Shown here: positions 39,026 to 52,143 of the stretch, one piece after another
Numbering within the stretch: the first letter of the stretch is position 1
Layout: each line of letters starts with the position of its first letter
From: Squalus acanthias
Taxonomy: Eukaryota
DNA length: 64,000 nucleotides
Assembly: GCA_030390025.1 (NCBI GenBank)
Contig: CM059437.1
Location: 52,886,001-52,950,000 of the forward strand
Reading direction: 5' to 3'
Program-made: the position numbers and the translations under genes
The notes under the pieces: generated by a model
Seen by the model: only the letters and a program-made list of their open reading frames with translations
Told to the model about the DNA's origin: nothing
Databases searched by the model: none

Positions 39026-39479
39026 ATTATTGAACCAATCTCAAATGCAATATGGTTTTCCGTGTCTTTTTTTTCTGATCCAAAAGAAGTCAAATCTATA
39101 ATGCAAGTGCTTTCAGGGTTGTTTTTCGGTGTTATTCAAGCTCGCGTAATCAAGCGTGTACTCAGTTAATTTTTAAAGATAGCAGTGTGTGACTGATGTG
39201 TCGATGTTGCGGTGCACACACACTGGCGCGCGGTTGAATGCGTTCATCAATATTTCCCAAACCATGGGGGCTGAAATTGATCTTAGACAAAAGGGCAACA
39301 TTGGCGATAGCAAATCAGCAGCCCGTTTTACACTGCAGCCCGATTTTATTCTCTATTGACTTCAAGAAGACCTATTTCACCCCCATATTTTAACTGAATG
39401 CGGTAGCTTTTCAGTTTGCTGCCCCCAGTAAAACGGTGGATCAGCTGTAGATTTTGGAGCATCCTAACATTTATTTCAT

Positions 39480-41030
39480 AGAATCATAGAATGATACAGC
39501 ACGGACAGATGCCATTCGGTCCACGGTGCCTGTGTCGGCTCTTTAAAATAGCTATCCATTGAGTCCGACTACGCTGCTCTTTCTCCATCGCCCGGCAAAT
39601 TTCCCCCTTGAAGTATTTATCCAATACCCTTTTGAAAGTTATTATTGAAGCTGCTTCCAGCACCCTGTGAGGTGTTGCATTCAACCTTCTCAGGGAAAAT
39701 TTTGGATGGGCAATAAATGCTGGCTTTGCCAGCGACGTCCACATCCCATAAACAAATTTTAAAAATCATAACTAATCGCTGCGTATTCTGTTTCCTCAAG
39801 TCGCCTCTGGTTCTTTTGGGAATTATCTTGATTCAGTGTACTCTGGTTACCGACCCTTCAGCAACTGGAAACTGTTAACCTTATCAAAACCCTTCATGAT
39901 TTTGAACACCGCTATCAAGTCTCCCCTTAACCTTCTCTGCTCAGAGGAAATACCCCCAATTTATCTAGTCTATCCACGAACCCGAAATATTTCAATTCTG
40001 GTACGATTCTGGTAAATCTCCTCTGCAACCTCTATAAGGCCTTGACATCTTTCCTAAAGTGTGGTGCCCAGAATTGGACACAATACTCCAGCTGGGGCCT
40101 AACTACTGTTTTATAAAGCTTTAGCATATATTCCTTGATTTTCAACTGTCTGCCTCTATTTGTAAAGCCAACGATCCCGTATGCCTTTTTAACAGTCTTC
40201 TCAGCTTGTCCTGCCACCTTCAAAGACTTATATGCGTACAGCCCCAGGTCTCCCTTTTCCTCCTACACCTTTGAAACGATACCATTTAGTTAATATTGCA
40301 TCCTGAAGTTTGTTACTATTCTCCTCACAGTTTACTACATTCCCGAGTTTCGTGTCAGCTGTAAACCGCCGTTCACCACTACTCTCTGCTTTCAGTCCCT
40401 CAGCCTATTTCTTATCCACGCAGCAGCTCCTCCATTAATCCCACTGTCGTCAGCCCCCACCACAAAATATGTATGCTTCAACTATCACCGTAAAGACGGA
40501 GGTAGTAGAGAAATTGTATAGGATAAAAAAATGATAAAGAGGTTGTACTTTAAAGGTTGGCAACGTTTAATTCAGAAAAGTCATCCCGTCCGGATGGGAT
40601 CCATCCTGATTTGCTGAGGGAATTAAGTCGGGAAACTCCGGAAGCTCTGGCCACAATCCTCCAATCCTCCTGAGATATAGGAGAGCCGTCAGAGGACTGG
40701 AGCATTGCAAATATTACAAGGCTATTCAAAAAAGATGCGAGGGATAAACCCGGCAACTACAGATCAGTCAGCCTAACGTCTGTGGTGGGAAAACTTTTCG
40801 AGACCATAATCCTTGACAAAATTAATTGACATTTGTAAAAAATATGGATTAATAAATAAGAGCCATTACAGACTTGTTAAAGGCAAATCGTGCTTGACTA
40901 ATTTGATTGAGCTTGTTGATGAAGTAACGGAGAGGGTTGATAAGGACAGTGTGGTTGATGTTGTGTATATGGACTTTCAAAAGGCGATTTATAAAGTAAC
41001 GATACAATAGATTTGTCAGCAAAATTGTAG
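39480..41030. mobile_element. Degenerate CR1 fragments (minus 39480-40390 with an HE1-like tail inside; plus 40490-41030)
   Basis: VRPQLEYCVQFWAPH (-); KGKSCLTNL..DVVYMDFQKA (+). Confidence 0.75.
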
Positions 41031-41500
41031 CAAATGGTCGGAATTTTGCATACCTCGAGGCGTCCGTTGCGGGACCTGCCCGTGGCGACTCCATCCTGCT
41101 GTTGAAATGAACCTAATGGGGCCAATTAAGCCTGCCCAGCGCGTTACCCGACCCAATGAGATGGGGCGGGTCTGTGGACGTCATTTATGATGCGTTTTCA
41201 GCCGGGATCTTTAAAGGGACCATGGTACATTACATTTGAAGTTTAATCTAACATAGTGCTGTCAGTTCACTACAGCATTGGAGTGCTGCAAACACTGATA
41301 ATGATTGCACAGATGCAAAGGCCTGCACTCAGGGTCTCCAATGTACACAGGGAGGTCCTCTTCCCTTCTGATGGGCAGAAGATCCCTCCGCAGGAGACCA
41401 AGACAGCCTGGTTGCAGATTGCAGAGGAGGTCACAACCAGGGATGTCGTCAGGAGGGCTTGGGTGCAGTGCTGCAAATACAAGTTTAACAGATTTTTTGC
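41030..41500 (+). mobile_element. Harbinger Myb/SANT-like gene fragment
   Basis: REVLFPSDG...AWLQIAEEV...RRAWVQC. Confidence 0.6.
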
Positions 41501-44500
41501 TACATTGTGGATCCTGGCCAGAAATTCACTCTCCTGTACCAAGTCCAGTGCTCTGCTGCCGTTGGATCACCGAATTATTTTCCATTTTTCTGCCTTCCGA
41601 TGGATTCTGCACACCTCCCGGCTCTTCATTCCTCCGGGAATACATCCAGCCACCTGTCCTCCGATACTCTACTCATAAAATAGCTTCTGGACTCACTCAC
41701 CCTCCAAATCTGACTCTGAACCTGGACATCAGTTCGACGATGCTTCAAGCTGACTCCACCCGATCTAACTCAACTCTATTCCACCACGGGAAATCTGACT
41801 TTAACCTGGGACTCCCTCTTACTGTCGCTTCTCTATTTCCGTTTATTACCAGGGCATATCTATCCAAATCTTGCTATTTAACCACGTCTACGTAACTTGA
41901 GTTTCCCTGTGTCCATTCATGTGCACGTTTTGGCTGTCACTTGGCTTATTCACTTCTATTTCCCCTTTTATTCTTCTTTATTCTTTACTCCTCCTAGTCG
42001 CCATGTCTCCTTTCATTTCTCCCCTCTCAGTTACTCTGCAAAGCCCTCCACCCTCTAAATCCATACCCCAATCGTTCAGCACTCATTGACCTTCCCACTC
42101 TCCTGCCGCCAACCCAGGCTTGACTCCCTCTTAGATAAGGTTACAGCTTTCAACTGTGACTCTCTAGGCCTACTCCAAAGTGCCCATCATGGTATTCGTC
42201 GCTGTCTCCTGATGAGTAGCAATACAAACTTCCCCATCCTACTCCCTCAACAACCTTTCCGCCTAGCACGGCCACTGGGGCTAAACTTGGCAATCTCATA
42301 TCCAACACACTCACCCCTCCCAGCGCTGCCCCCATGGACTCTGACAGCGAATCAGTTATCACCGCCCCTTTCCACATCTCCCTCCAGAATGCCCATTCAC
42401 TTATGACCAAGGTCCTTGCCATCCGTCAGGTTATTCTGGATGAGTGCATCGACATCATGGCTGTGACAGAAATTTGGCTGACAGGTCAGAACACCGTCCC
42501 ACATAATGAAGGCTCCCACCTGCCTATGCCTTCCAGCACGTGACCTGTCCAGACACTGTGGTAGCAATGTGGCTCTCATCACCAAATCACACATTGGTCT
42601 GTCCCCCTACTCTTCTGGCACCTTCTCTTCCAATGGGCATCTCACCTTCTTCCACTCCTCTAGGATTGCCTTTAAAATTATCGTTCTCTACCACTCAACC
42701 AAGTACCATGCCAAGTATCTCATCGAGATATCTTCACTCCTCTCCTCTCTCATCCTCTGCACCAAGTGACTTCTCATCTTCGGTGAATTCAACCTCCATC
42801 TCAATGCATCATACCCTCTCTGCTCTGAGCTCAAGACACTCCTATCCTCCCTTAATCTCTCCCTCCATATGAACTATCCTACCCATATTCATGGCCACCA
42901 TCTCGACCTTGCCATCTCACGTGGCCTATCTACTCTCATTGTGTAAATCACACACCATGCAATCTCGGATCAGTTCCTTGTATCCCTCTGCACTCACATC
43001 CATCTTCTCCTTCCCCCCCACCCCCGAATTCCAATTTATTCTGTGTCTTCCCCTAAAAGGAATTCTTACTCAATTCAATTGCAACGGCACATTCGCATTC
43101 CTAACTGTCTAGCTATTGGCCCTCCATTCACCATGACATTTCTACAGCTACCGATAAGCTCAAACATGCTTTCCTCTGCCAAAACTGCTCGCTATTCCAG
43201 GATCATCTGGAATAAAAAGAAAACCCCCGGCTTCTCTTCTCCACTACAAGCCATCTCCAAATACTCGCTCCCCTGCCTCCTTCTCTCTCACCTCCAACAA
43301 GTGCGAGGAGGTCATGGACGTATTTGGCTCTAAGATTGAGATCATTCATTTAGCTGCCTCTTCTGCTTCACTATCTTCCCCTAGCCAACAAAGGGAAACT
43401 TCCCCTGAGGTTCTCCGCTACCAAACCCATGAACTCCCATCTTTCTCTAGTTTCGCGCCTCTCTCAACTCATGCCCGCACTAAACTCATCTTGTCCATGA
43501 GCCCGACCTCCTGCTCCCTCGACCGAATTCCCACTGACAACTCAACTTTCCTTCGTGATGCCTGTGTTAGCTGATATTGTTAACGATTCGCTCTCTTCAT
43601 GTATTGTGTCCCTCCCCTTCAAATCTGCCGTCATCAACCCCCGCCTCTAAAAACCTAACCAGGACCGAGCTGTCCTTGCAGACTAACGCCCCATCTCCAA
43701 TCGGCCTTTCCTCTACAAAGTAAATGAACAGGTTTTTCCCTCCCAAATCCGTGCCCATTCGTGTAATTCCATGTTTGAACCTCGATTCAGGTTTCTCTCC
43801 CTGCCACACTAATGAAATGGCCCTCAGAAAAGACAGAAATGACATTCTATGTGACTGTGACAGTTAGAAATTATTCCTCCTCATCTTTCTCGAAACGGGT
43901 CTTTTTCCGAGTGGCAGGCAGTGACTAGTGGGGTTCCGCAGGGATCGGTTTTAGGACCCCAGCTATTCACTATATATATTAATGATCTAGACGAGGGAAC
44001 TAGATGTAATATCTCCAAGTTTGCAGATGACACAAAGTTGGGTGGGCGTGTCTGCAGCGAGGAGCATGCCGAGAAACTCCAGTATGATTTGGACAGGTTG
44101 GGTGACTGGGCAGAAGCATGGCAGATACAGTATAATGTGGATAAATGCGAGGTTATCCACTTTGGTGGCAAAAACAGAAAGTCAGATAATTATCTGAATG
44201 GCAATAGATTGGGAGATGGCAAAGTGCAACGAGACCTGGGTGTCCTTGTGCACCAGTCGCTGAAAGTAAGCATGCAGGTACAACATGCGGTTAAGAAGGC
44301 AAATGATATGTTGGCCTTCGTAGCGAGAGGGTTTGAGTACAGGAACAAGGATGTCTTGCTGCAGCTGTACAGGGCATTGGTGAGACCACACCTTGAGTAT
44401 TGTGTACAGTTTTGGTCGCCTTATCTGAGGAAGGATGTTCTTGCCATGGAGGGTGTGCAGCGAAGATTCACCAGACTGATACCTGGGATGGCAGGAACGA

Positions 44501-45600
44501 AGCATGAGGAGAGATTGGGTCGATTGGGCTTATACTCACTGGAGTTTAGAAGAATGAGAGGAGATCTCATTGAAACTTATAAAATTCTAACAGGGCTAGA
44601 CAGACTGGATGCAGGAAGGATGTTCCTGATGGCGAGTGAGTCCAGAACAAGAGGTCACAGTCTACAGATAAGGGGTAAACCATTTAGGACAGAGATGAGG
44701 AGGAATTTCTTCACCCAGAGAGTGGTGAACCTGTGGAATTCTCTACCACAGAAGGCAGTTGAGGCCAAGTCAGTAAATACATTCAAGAAGGAGTTAGATA
44801 TATTTCTTAAGCCTAAAGGTATCAAGGAATATGGGGAGAAGGCAGGGACAGGGTACTGAGTTTGGATGATCAGCCATGATCTCATCGAATGGCGGAGCAG
44901 GCTCGAGGGGCCGAATGGCCTACTCCTGCTCCTATCTTCTATGTTTCTATGTTTCTATATCTGCAGCCTGTAACATAGCTGATCACGCCATCCTCCTCCA
45001 ACGCCTCTCCTCCATTCAGCTTGGTGGGATTCCACTCTTGCCTCAGCTTATCTGTTGCTGAAACCCTCATCCATGCCTTTGTTACGTCTAGACTTGATTA
45101 TTCTAATGCTCTCATGGCCTCCCTCCCAGCTACGACCCTCCATAGAACTGAACTCATCTAAAACTCTGCTGCCCTTATCCTAACTCGCACCACGTTCTGT
45201 TCACCCATCAGCCCTGTGCTTCCTGAACTACATTGGCTCCCGGTCCTGTAATGCCTTGGTTTTAAAATTCTCATCCTATTTTCAAATCCCTCCATGGCCT
45301 CGCCCCTCCCTATCTCTGTAATCCCCTCCAATCCTAAAAAGAACAACACTCTGAAATCTCAGCGCTGCTCCAATTCTGGCCTCTTGTGCATTCCCAATTT
45401 TAATCGCTCCATCGTTGGCGACAGTGCCTTCAGCTGCCTGGGACCTAGACTCTGGAATTCCCTCCTGAGCCTCTCCGCCTCTCTCCCTCGCTCTCTTCCA
45501 TTAAGACGCTCCTTAAAACCAAGCTCCTTGCCTCTCCAAATATCTTCTCTCGGAGTCAAATGTTGTTTTATAACACTACGTTAAAGGCGCTATATTAATG
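41500..45600 (+). mobile_element. Degenerate long L2 LINE, interrupted by a young CR1
   Basis: LQNAHSL..IDIMAVTEIWL endonuclease start, TSCSLD, FSCLGPRLWNSL; homologous to 1320-3580. Confidence 0.75.
43893..44958 (+). mobile_element. Young 5'-truncated CR1 with open RT C-terminal ORF
   Basis: 312-aa ORF 43921-44859; (CTATGTTT)n tail. Confidence 0.95.
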
Positions 45601-45619
45601 CAAGTTGTTGTTTTGTTTT

Positions 45620-46500
45620 TGGAACAGAAATAAAGTGCATGGATAATGAAAGATCATGGGATCCGAGTAGAGAATAAATTGAAGCTATCGCAGCAATCGT
45701 CGGTGGCAGTGAGTAAAGTAAATCTGACGTTGGTGTGCATTAAGAGGTTAATATTGAGCTGAAATAGTAAAGTAATCCTGCCACTTTATAAATCGTTGGT
45801 GTAACAGTACTTAGCATACTGTGTACAGTTCGGCTCACCACTGTACAAAAACGATATTGCAGCTATTGAAAACATTTAGGTGAGAGCAACCAATATGATT
45901 GAAGCGATGGAGAAATGGATTATGAGGAGCAGTTATGTAAATTGTGCATGTTCTCACTGAAATTGACAAGGTCGAGAGGCGATAGGTTTGCTGTTTGTAG
46001 GATTCTAAAGGGACTAGATCATGTAGACCATCACAAGCAATTTCAACTTGTCCAGAGCAGTAGAACCACAGGTCACAGCCCGCGCTTGAAGATGGTTACA
46101 TTAAACACTAACCTGTGAAAACAATATTTCCATAAGTGAGTGTTCAATTTTACAACAGACTACGTGGGGAGTTGATGGAAGCAGTTAGCATTGATTCATT
46201 CTAATGTAAATTAGATAGATTTGTTTCCGAAATTAAAATCTTGGGATACAGTATATGAGCAAATACAGACATGGCAGGTGGTAAGTGTAGCATACTTGGG
46301 AGGAACAGGTGACTTTGGACCTATAGATCGCAAAGATCTCCTCCACTGGGTTTCCTCGCATCTTGTCCGTATCTGTTATAGACTAATTGATAGAGATCGA
46401 TTGCTCTGATTAGTCAACAACTCCGTTATCGTTGATTATGCGACTATCAGGATGGTAGAAGGTGAACTACATGGACTTGGGTATTTTTTCGTCGAGGAAC
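45620..46500 (+). mobile_element. Old CR1 3' fragment
   Basis: Paralogous to 25740-26325. Confidence 0.7.
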
Positions 46501-48104
46501 TCCCCTGATCCTGAAGGAAAACTCATCAATAAACTGTCATTAGAGCAGCTGATGGGAAAATATTCAAAAAAGAAATTTAAAAAATGGAATGACCAGCAAG
46601 AAAAACAGATTTCAAAACGGAAGGGACGGGAAAGCGATGATCACCAGTCGTCGATATCTGACCGCAAAAATAAAAAAAAATAGGCTAATGACGGAAACGT
46701 TGGGCACAAGAACACAAACGGAGAGTTAAAGGAAGAGAGTGAAAAATTAAGAACTGACATGAGCAAGCTCTAGGGGAAAAACAAAAAGTTTGACGATCGA
46801 CACGGGAAAAGAGAAAGATTGACAACTTAAAAAAAACCTAGAGAACAAATTATAAATATGTTTTTTCCAAGGACCGATCGTAATTTTGGAAAAGAAATCC
46901 AGCAGGAAGCAGAAGGCCCTAAGAAAATTCAGGAATCCGAGCTCGGAAAGTTCAAAGAATTATGTTATGTTACCTTATGTTTTATCTTGTATCCAGCCTT
47001 TTGTGTTCATTAACTGTATACTGCTTGACCTTCTCAATATGATGAAGTACATGGTGGAGAGGATTAACAACTATTTGCGGAGGTTGAAATAATCAGCAAG
47101 TTATCGCGTTAGTAATAGTGAACAAGGAAAGATAGTAGTATGGTAGCGTACTGAGGATAGGTAGAGTAATTATAGTGTTAACAGGCTCAATTACCGCTTC
47201 GGTCAGCAAAAGCTGTAAAACTAAGAAATCTTGTGGGACAGAAGCGAGAAAGGAATTAAGTGGTGGCTGGACGCCAAGGTGGAAAAATGATAAGCGTCAG
47301 GGATGAGAGAAGGTTTAGACATGAGAAATGTCTTAACTGATAAGATAGTACAGATGTCCGAGACCAGCCTTAATGTTCAAGCCTGCGAACTGTACAGAGA
47401 GCAATAACCAGACAAAACTGCGATACGCATGCACGGTGAGGAGGAGGTGGTCTGTGTGCCCTGGGGTATTCATGTACTACCCGGCCTTCTAACTAACGTA
47501 CATACGTCTTAACCTCAACTACTGCATGCGTGCTAACGCACTAACCCTAATTTAATCCTACACAATGAAAAGGAAAGGTAAGATACACCGGCACACCTCA
47601 GAAACTGAAACGAGTCTTGCAAAGTAAGCGGTCAGAAGACTCAATTTTCGGATTCCCGCAATCTCCTAAGTACTGCGTATGTTGGATTTGAATCATTTGA
47701 TAAATGAAGGGTAGTTAATAAGACTCTATGTCTCTTGATTCCACGAGCCTACAATAAAATTAAAGGGAATAGGATCGCCCTGGCGTGCTGACGATCGCGG
47801 CAGAACTCTAAGATAAGTGAGCGTGTGAACGTTTAGTTTGGGGCTGGCCATCTATTACTCGGCACAATCTACATATCTCCAGATTCGGGATTTAGAATTG
47901 AGATACTGGGAGAATGCGCAGCTCGGTATTTGCCACCGCATGGCGACAGAACCCTGAAGATAGGAGATCTGGTGGGGAACGCTGACCCCATGTACAAATT
48001 AGCCCAGATTCTCGAAAAGGATTTCTTGGATACCCCAAGAATGACAGGACTGAAGTTGGTTTAATATAAGATTTTTTTTGCCGTTGATAAAGTTCTGTTT
48101 GACG

Positions 48105-48320
48105 GCTGGACAGTGTAGTGGTTACATTACTGTACTAGTTACTCAGAGCATGTGAGTTCCAATCCCACCATTGCAGTTTGAGAATTTAAATTCAGTTTTT
48201 AAAAAGCTGTTACCAGTAAAAGTGACCACGAAGCTGTCGGATGGTCGTAAAATCCATAGGAAGGAAACCTACCGTCGTTACCAAGTCTGACCTATTTGAG
48301 ATTCCAGTTCCACTGTTTGT
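48105..48320 (+). mobile_element. tRNA-derived SINE 5' part (HE1-like)
   Basis: A-box-like tgtagtgg and B-box-like gagttccaatccc followed by V-SINE-type body. Confidence 0.5.
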
Positions 48321-49169
48321 CTCATTTCTGACTGGGCTTGAAAGTTATCATCGAGACTGACTTTAGAATGGTTCAAAACTTTCCAAGTATTGTTATTAAC
48401 AATAAAACACGACAGTTTCCCAGATGAAGATGTCAAACAACGTTACAGCTCAGAAGCAAGGATGATGAAATCCTTCTTCTGAGAGATTAACTGGGTTAAT
48501 TGTTTGTCGATGACTTTATTAAACGCTGCTTGTCGTCTCCTGGTAATCACAGTCTGTTTTTCTATCTTTTTTGCCCTTTATCTGTTACTGAGCGGAATAA
48601 TTTGTTGTTTTCCGCTCAGTTCCCACGACCCAGCAGACAGCTGTCCTATCTTTTAGCTTGTTAATCTGTCATTGTTAGAGCATGAGTCAGTGTCCTTGGC
48701 TACAGAAAGTCCTTCTCAAGGCAGCTTGGTGCAATGACAAGATCCAGTACATTCTCTGATTTCGGCCAAGTTCCTATAGTTTATTGCTCTTTTGATATTT
48801 TGATACAATTCCTCGGAACGCTATTGATCCCAAATTAGTTTACCTGTAATTTTCTTTTTATAGTATTGGCTGCACATGTGTCATCCTTCATTTCCTGTTC
48901 ATAAATTGAACCAAATCATGGGTAGCTAAATCGGTTTCTGTAGCGAACATTCACCTTGCTATTCGAGGGTATTAACTCCATTCTTTCATCCATCTCAATG
49001 TTCCCGAGCTAGCAACGCCCTGACTGTTCTCACTCCACAGGCCTTACTTAGGCTTACTTAAGAGCAGGCACCAAAAAGTCCGTATCATAATGTCCATAAT
49101 TCTTCGGTTTCTCCTCAGTGAATGTGAGATATAGAACACTCACTTAAAACGTTGAACCTCACAACTTTG

Positions 49170-49732
49170 AACCGGAATAGTGCTCATCACAGACAAAATC
49201 ATCGAGCAGAAACTGATAGCCAAGTTCCGCACTCATGAGGACGGCCTCAACCGGGATCTTGGGTTCATGTCACGATACATGATGTAGAGTCATCCAGACT
49301 CAAGTCATCGTTGGCTTGTTCACAGATGTGATTTCCAGTAAAAAAAAGTAAAAATTTTAAAGTTTATCGTTTTCCATACAGACTGCAGCTTTTGACACAT
49401 TAGACCCCCTGTAACCCCACCTCATTGTCTCAGTTGTATCTTGCTATGTCTTTGATGTGGTGCCTTCCTGGCTGACCTGATTGTTTATCTGCCGAGGTGT
49501 GACAAAAGGCAGTCAGGAGGATTAAATGTAGTCGTCTGCCATTGTACGCTTCACATGCATTGTTCTCTATCTATATATGCTTTGACGATTTGTATTCCTT
49601 TACTTCACCTGACGAAGGAGCAGCGCTCCGAAAGCTTGTGATTTCAAATAAAACTGTTGGACTATAACCTGGTGTTGTGCGACTTCTCACTTTTGTCACC
49701 CCAGTCCAACACCGGCATCTCCGCATCATGGC
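49170..49732 (+). mobile_element. Penelope-like element 3' end / pseudo-LTR
   Basis: EQKLIAKFRTHEDGLNRDLGFM GIY-YIG end, hammerhead core, AATAAA. Confidence 0.8.
49605..49641 (+). ncRNA. Minimal type I hammerhead ribozyme
   Basis: UCAC-CUGACGA-A-GGAGC(AGC)GCUCC-GAA-AGCU-U-GUGA: full core, stems I and II, palindromic stem III. Confidence 0.75.
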
Positions 49733-50057
49733 CTCTAACAGCCAGCCCACCCCCCACGTTATTGTGGAATATTGAGGGATTTACCTAAGATCCACACCTC
49801 ATCTTGTTAGCATCACATCTCTATCAGAAACCATTTGCTCATCCAGTCTAAGTACAATCTGATTAATATTACACCTCATACTACTGCCAAATAAAATCAT
49901 AATACATTATACGAAAAACTGCAGAGAAAACTAAGCTTCCCCCATATACAATCATATTATCAAGAAATCGTCCCCTAAACTTAAAAGCACTCCTGTTACC
50001 GTTTCCATCTGATAAATAATTCGGAATAAGTACACGTTCTCCCTGGCCCTCATTTGT

Positions 50058-51071
50058 GTCCAGTGGTATACCGCAGCGATTGGTGCTGTGTCCGTTGCTG
50101 TTTGTAGTTTACATTAATGATTTAGATATGAATGTAGGGGGTATGAACAGTAAGTTTGCAGATGACACGAAAATTGGTGGGTTGGTAAATAGCGAGGAGG
50201 GAAGCCTCAGGCTACAGGACGATATAGACGGGTTGGTCAGATGGGCAGAACAGTGGCAAATGGAATTTAACCCTGAAAAGTGTGAGGTGATGCATTTTGG
50301 GAGGACTAACAAGGCAAGGGAATACACAATGAATGATAGGATCCTAGGAAGGACAGAGGATCAGAGGGGCCTTGGTGTGCATGTACCAGATCCCTGAAGG
50401 CAGCAGGACAGGTAGATAAGGTGGTTAAGAAGGCATATGGGATACTTGCCTTCATTAGCTGAGGCATAGAATATAAGAGCAGGGAGGTTATGATGGAGCT
50501 GTACAAAACGCTAGTTAGGCCACAGCTGGAATACTGTGTGCAGTTCTGGTCGCCACACTATAGGAAGGATGCGATTGCATTAGAGAGGGTGCAGAGGAGA
50601 TTCACCAGGATGTTACCTGGGCTGGAGCGATCCAGCTAAGAAGAGAGACTGGACAGGCTAAGGTTGTTTTCCTTAGAGCAGTGAAGGCTGAGGGGGGACC
50701 TGATTGAGGTGTACAAAATTATGAGGGATATAGATAGGGTAGATAGGAAGGAACTTTTCCCCTTAGTAGAGGGGTCAATAACCAGGGGGCATAGTTTCAG
50801 TGTAAGGGGCAGGAGGTTTAGAGGGGATTTGAGGAAAAAATTTTCACCCAGAGGGTGGTTGGAATCTGGAACTCACTGCCTGAAAGGGTGGTAGAGGCAG
50901 GAACCCTCACAACATTCAAGAAGCATTAGATGAGCACTTGAAATGCCATAGCATAAAAGGTTACGGACCAAATGCTGGAGAATGGGATTAGAATAGATAG
51001 GGCTTGATGGCCGGCGCAGACACGATGGGCCGAAGGGCCTCTTTCTGTGCTGTATAACTCGATGACTCTAT
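50058..51071 (+). mobile_element. 5'-truncated CR1, same family as 17775-21625
   Basis: FADDTK RT ORF; absent from paralogous site ~30070. Confidence 0.92.
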
Positions 51072-51384
51072 ACCAGTTTCTGTGTTAACTCAAGGGAACC
51101 TAACCCTAAATTTTAGAATTCCAAGTTATAGGTCCTTCTCTACTGATAACTATTAACGTGTTTAACTCTTTTGATATTTGCAATAATTTGTTCTGAAGAA
51201 TTCTGGACTTTTCAACATGGATTTTCACTTGCTGAAAGAGCGGAGTTTTGTTCAACAAAGCATGGAACACGGCACAGTTAGATTTCAAATTTCAAGACGG
51301 CATTCTGGGAAGCTTGACCAAGTTCAAAATATTCTGCTTCAGACTTTTTAGAAGGCTAAATGCGACGACATTTTCAAAGATATT

Positions 51385-52143
51385 GGCCCGAAAATTAAAC
51401 CTAATACGCGAGAGTACGCACTGTGTACTCTCGCGTATTAGATCCCGAATTGCCGGTTTCCTGCATACACTGCGCATGCGCGGGAAACCGGCACTTCGTG
51501 AATTGAAAAGGGGGCGGTTCCTAAGTGAACCGCGTGCGCACTACAGGTTGTGCGCACGCAGTGCACTTAGTTTATTTTTCAGCTTTGAACGCGCAGGTAA
51601 GTGGTGAAGATTTTACACTCAAAGAAAGCAGGCGTAGGACCCCCTTTAAACAAGGTAAGTAGTTAATTAAGTGTTATTTTAAATTTGTTTCAACAGGTTT
51701 ATCATTTTTAGAGACTTTAAAGAAAGGTAAGTTTATTTTTATAACTTTTAAAAAGATTAAAAATTTTTTCAATAATTTAATTTTTTGTTTAAAGTGGTTA
51801 ATTTATTTAACTATACTTATTTTATTAATGTGATGGCTTTTTTTTAAATTTAATTGAGGTTTAGCTGTTCTTTTGGGGGTTTGTAGTATTCATAGCTTTG
51901 ACAGCTCTTGCCTCAAAACTATGAATGAAAGATGGTGTGCTGCCATTGGCTCTAACTGAATCACGTGATCCCAGAGCTCGCACGAACTAATTGCGCCTCT
52001 GGGTCACGCAAGCACTGCACGGTTCCAACAGAGAGAGCCTTTGAAACTAAAGTTCGTGTGGGCCCGGTGCAAAAAGGTAGGCGCGGAGTGCGATATTGCG
52101 GGGAATCCTTACCCCCACGGGAACCATCTATGTTTAATTTTAT
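51385..52143. mobile_element. MITE with serial internal hairpins
   Basis: AAAATTAAAC (51391) / GTTTAATTTT (52132) inverted ends; absent from paralogous site ~30385. Confidence 0.75.

Larger units (their letters stand above)
29745..39400 (+). repeat. Segmental duplication copy A (paralogue 49733-64000)
   Basis: Colinear similarity from ctctaacag..cccacccccc.cgttattgtgg through the IgL cluster and 3' flank. Confidence 0.92.
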
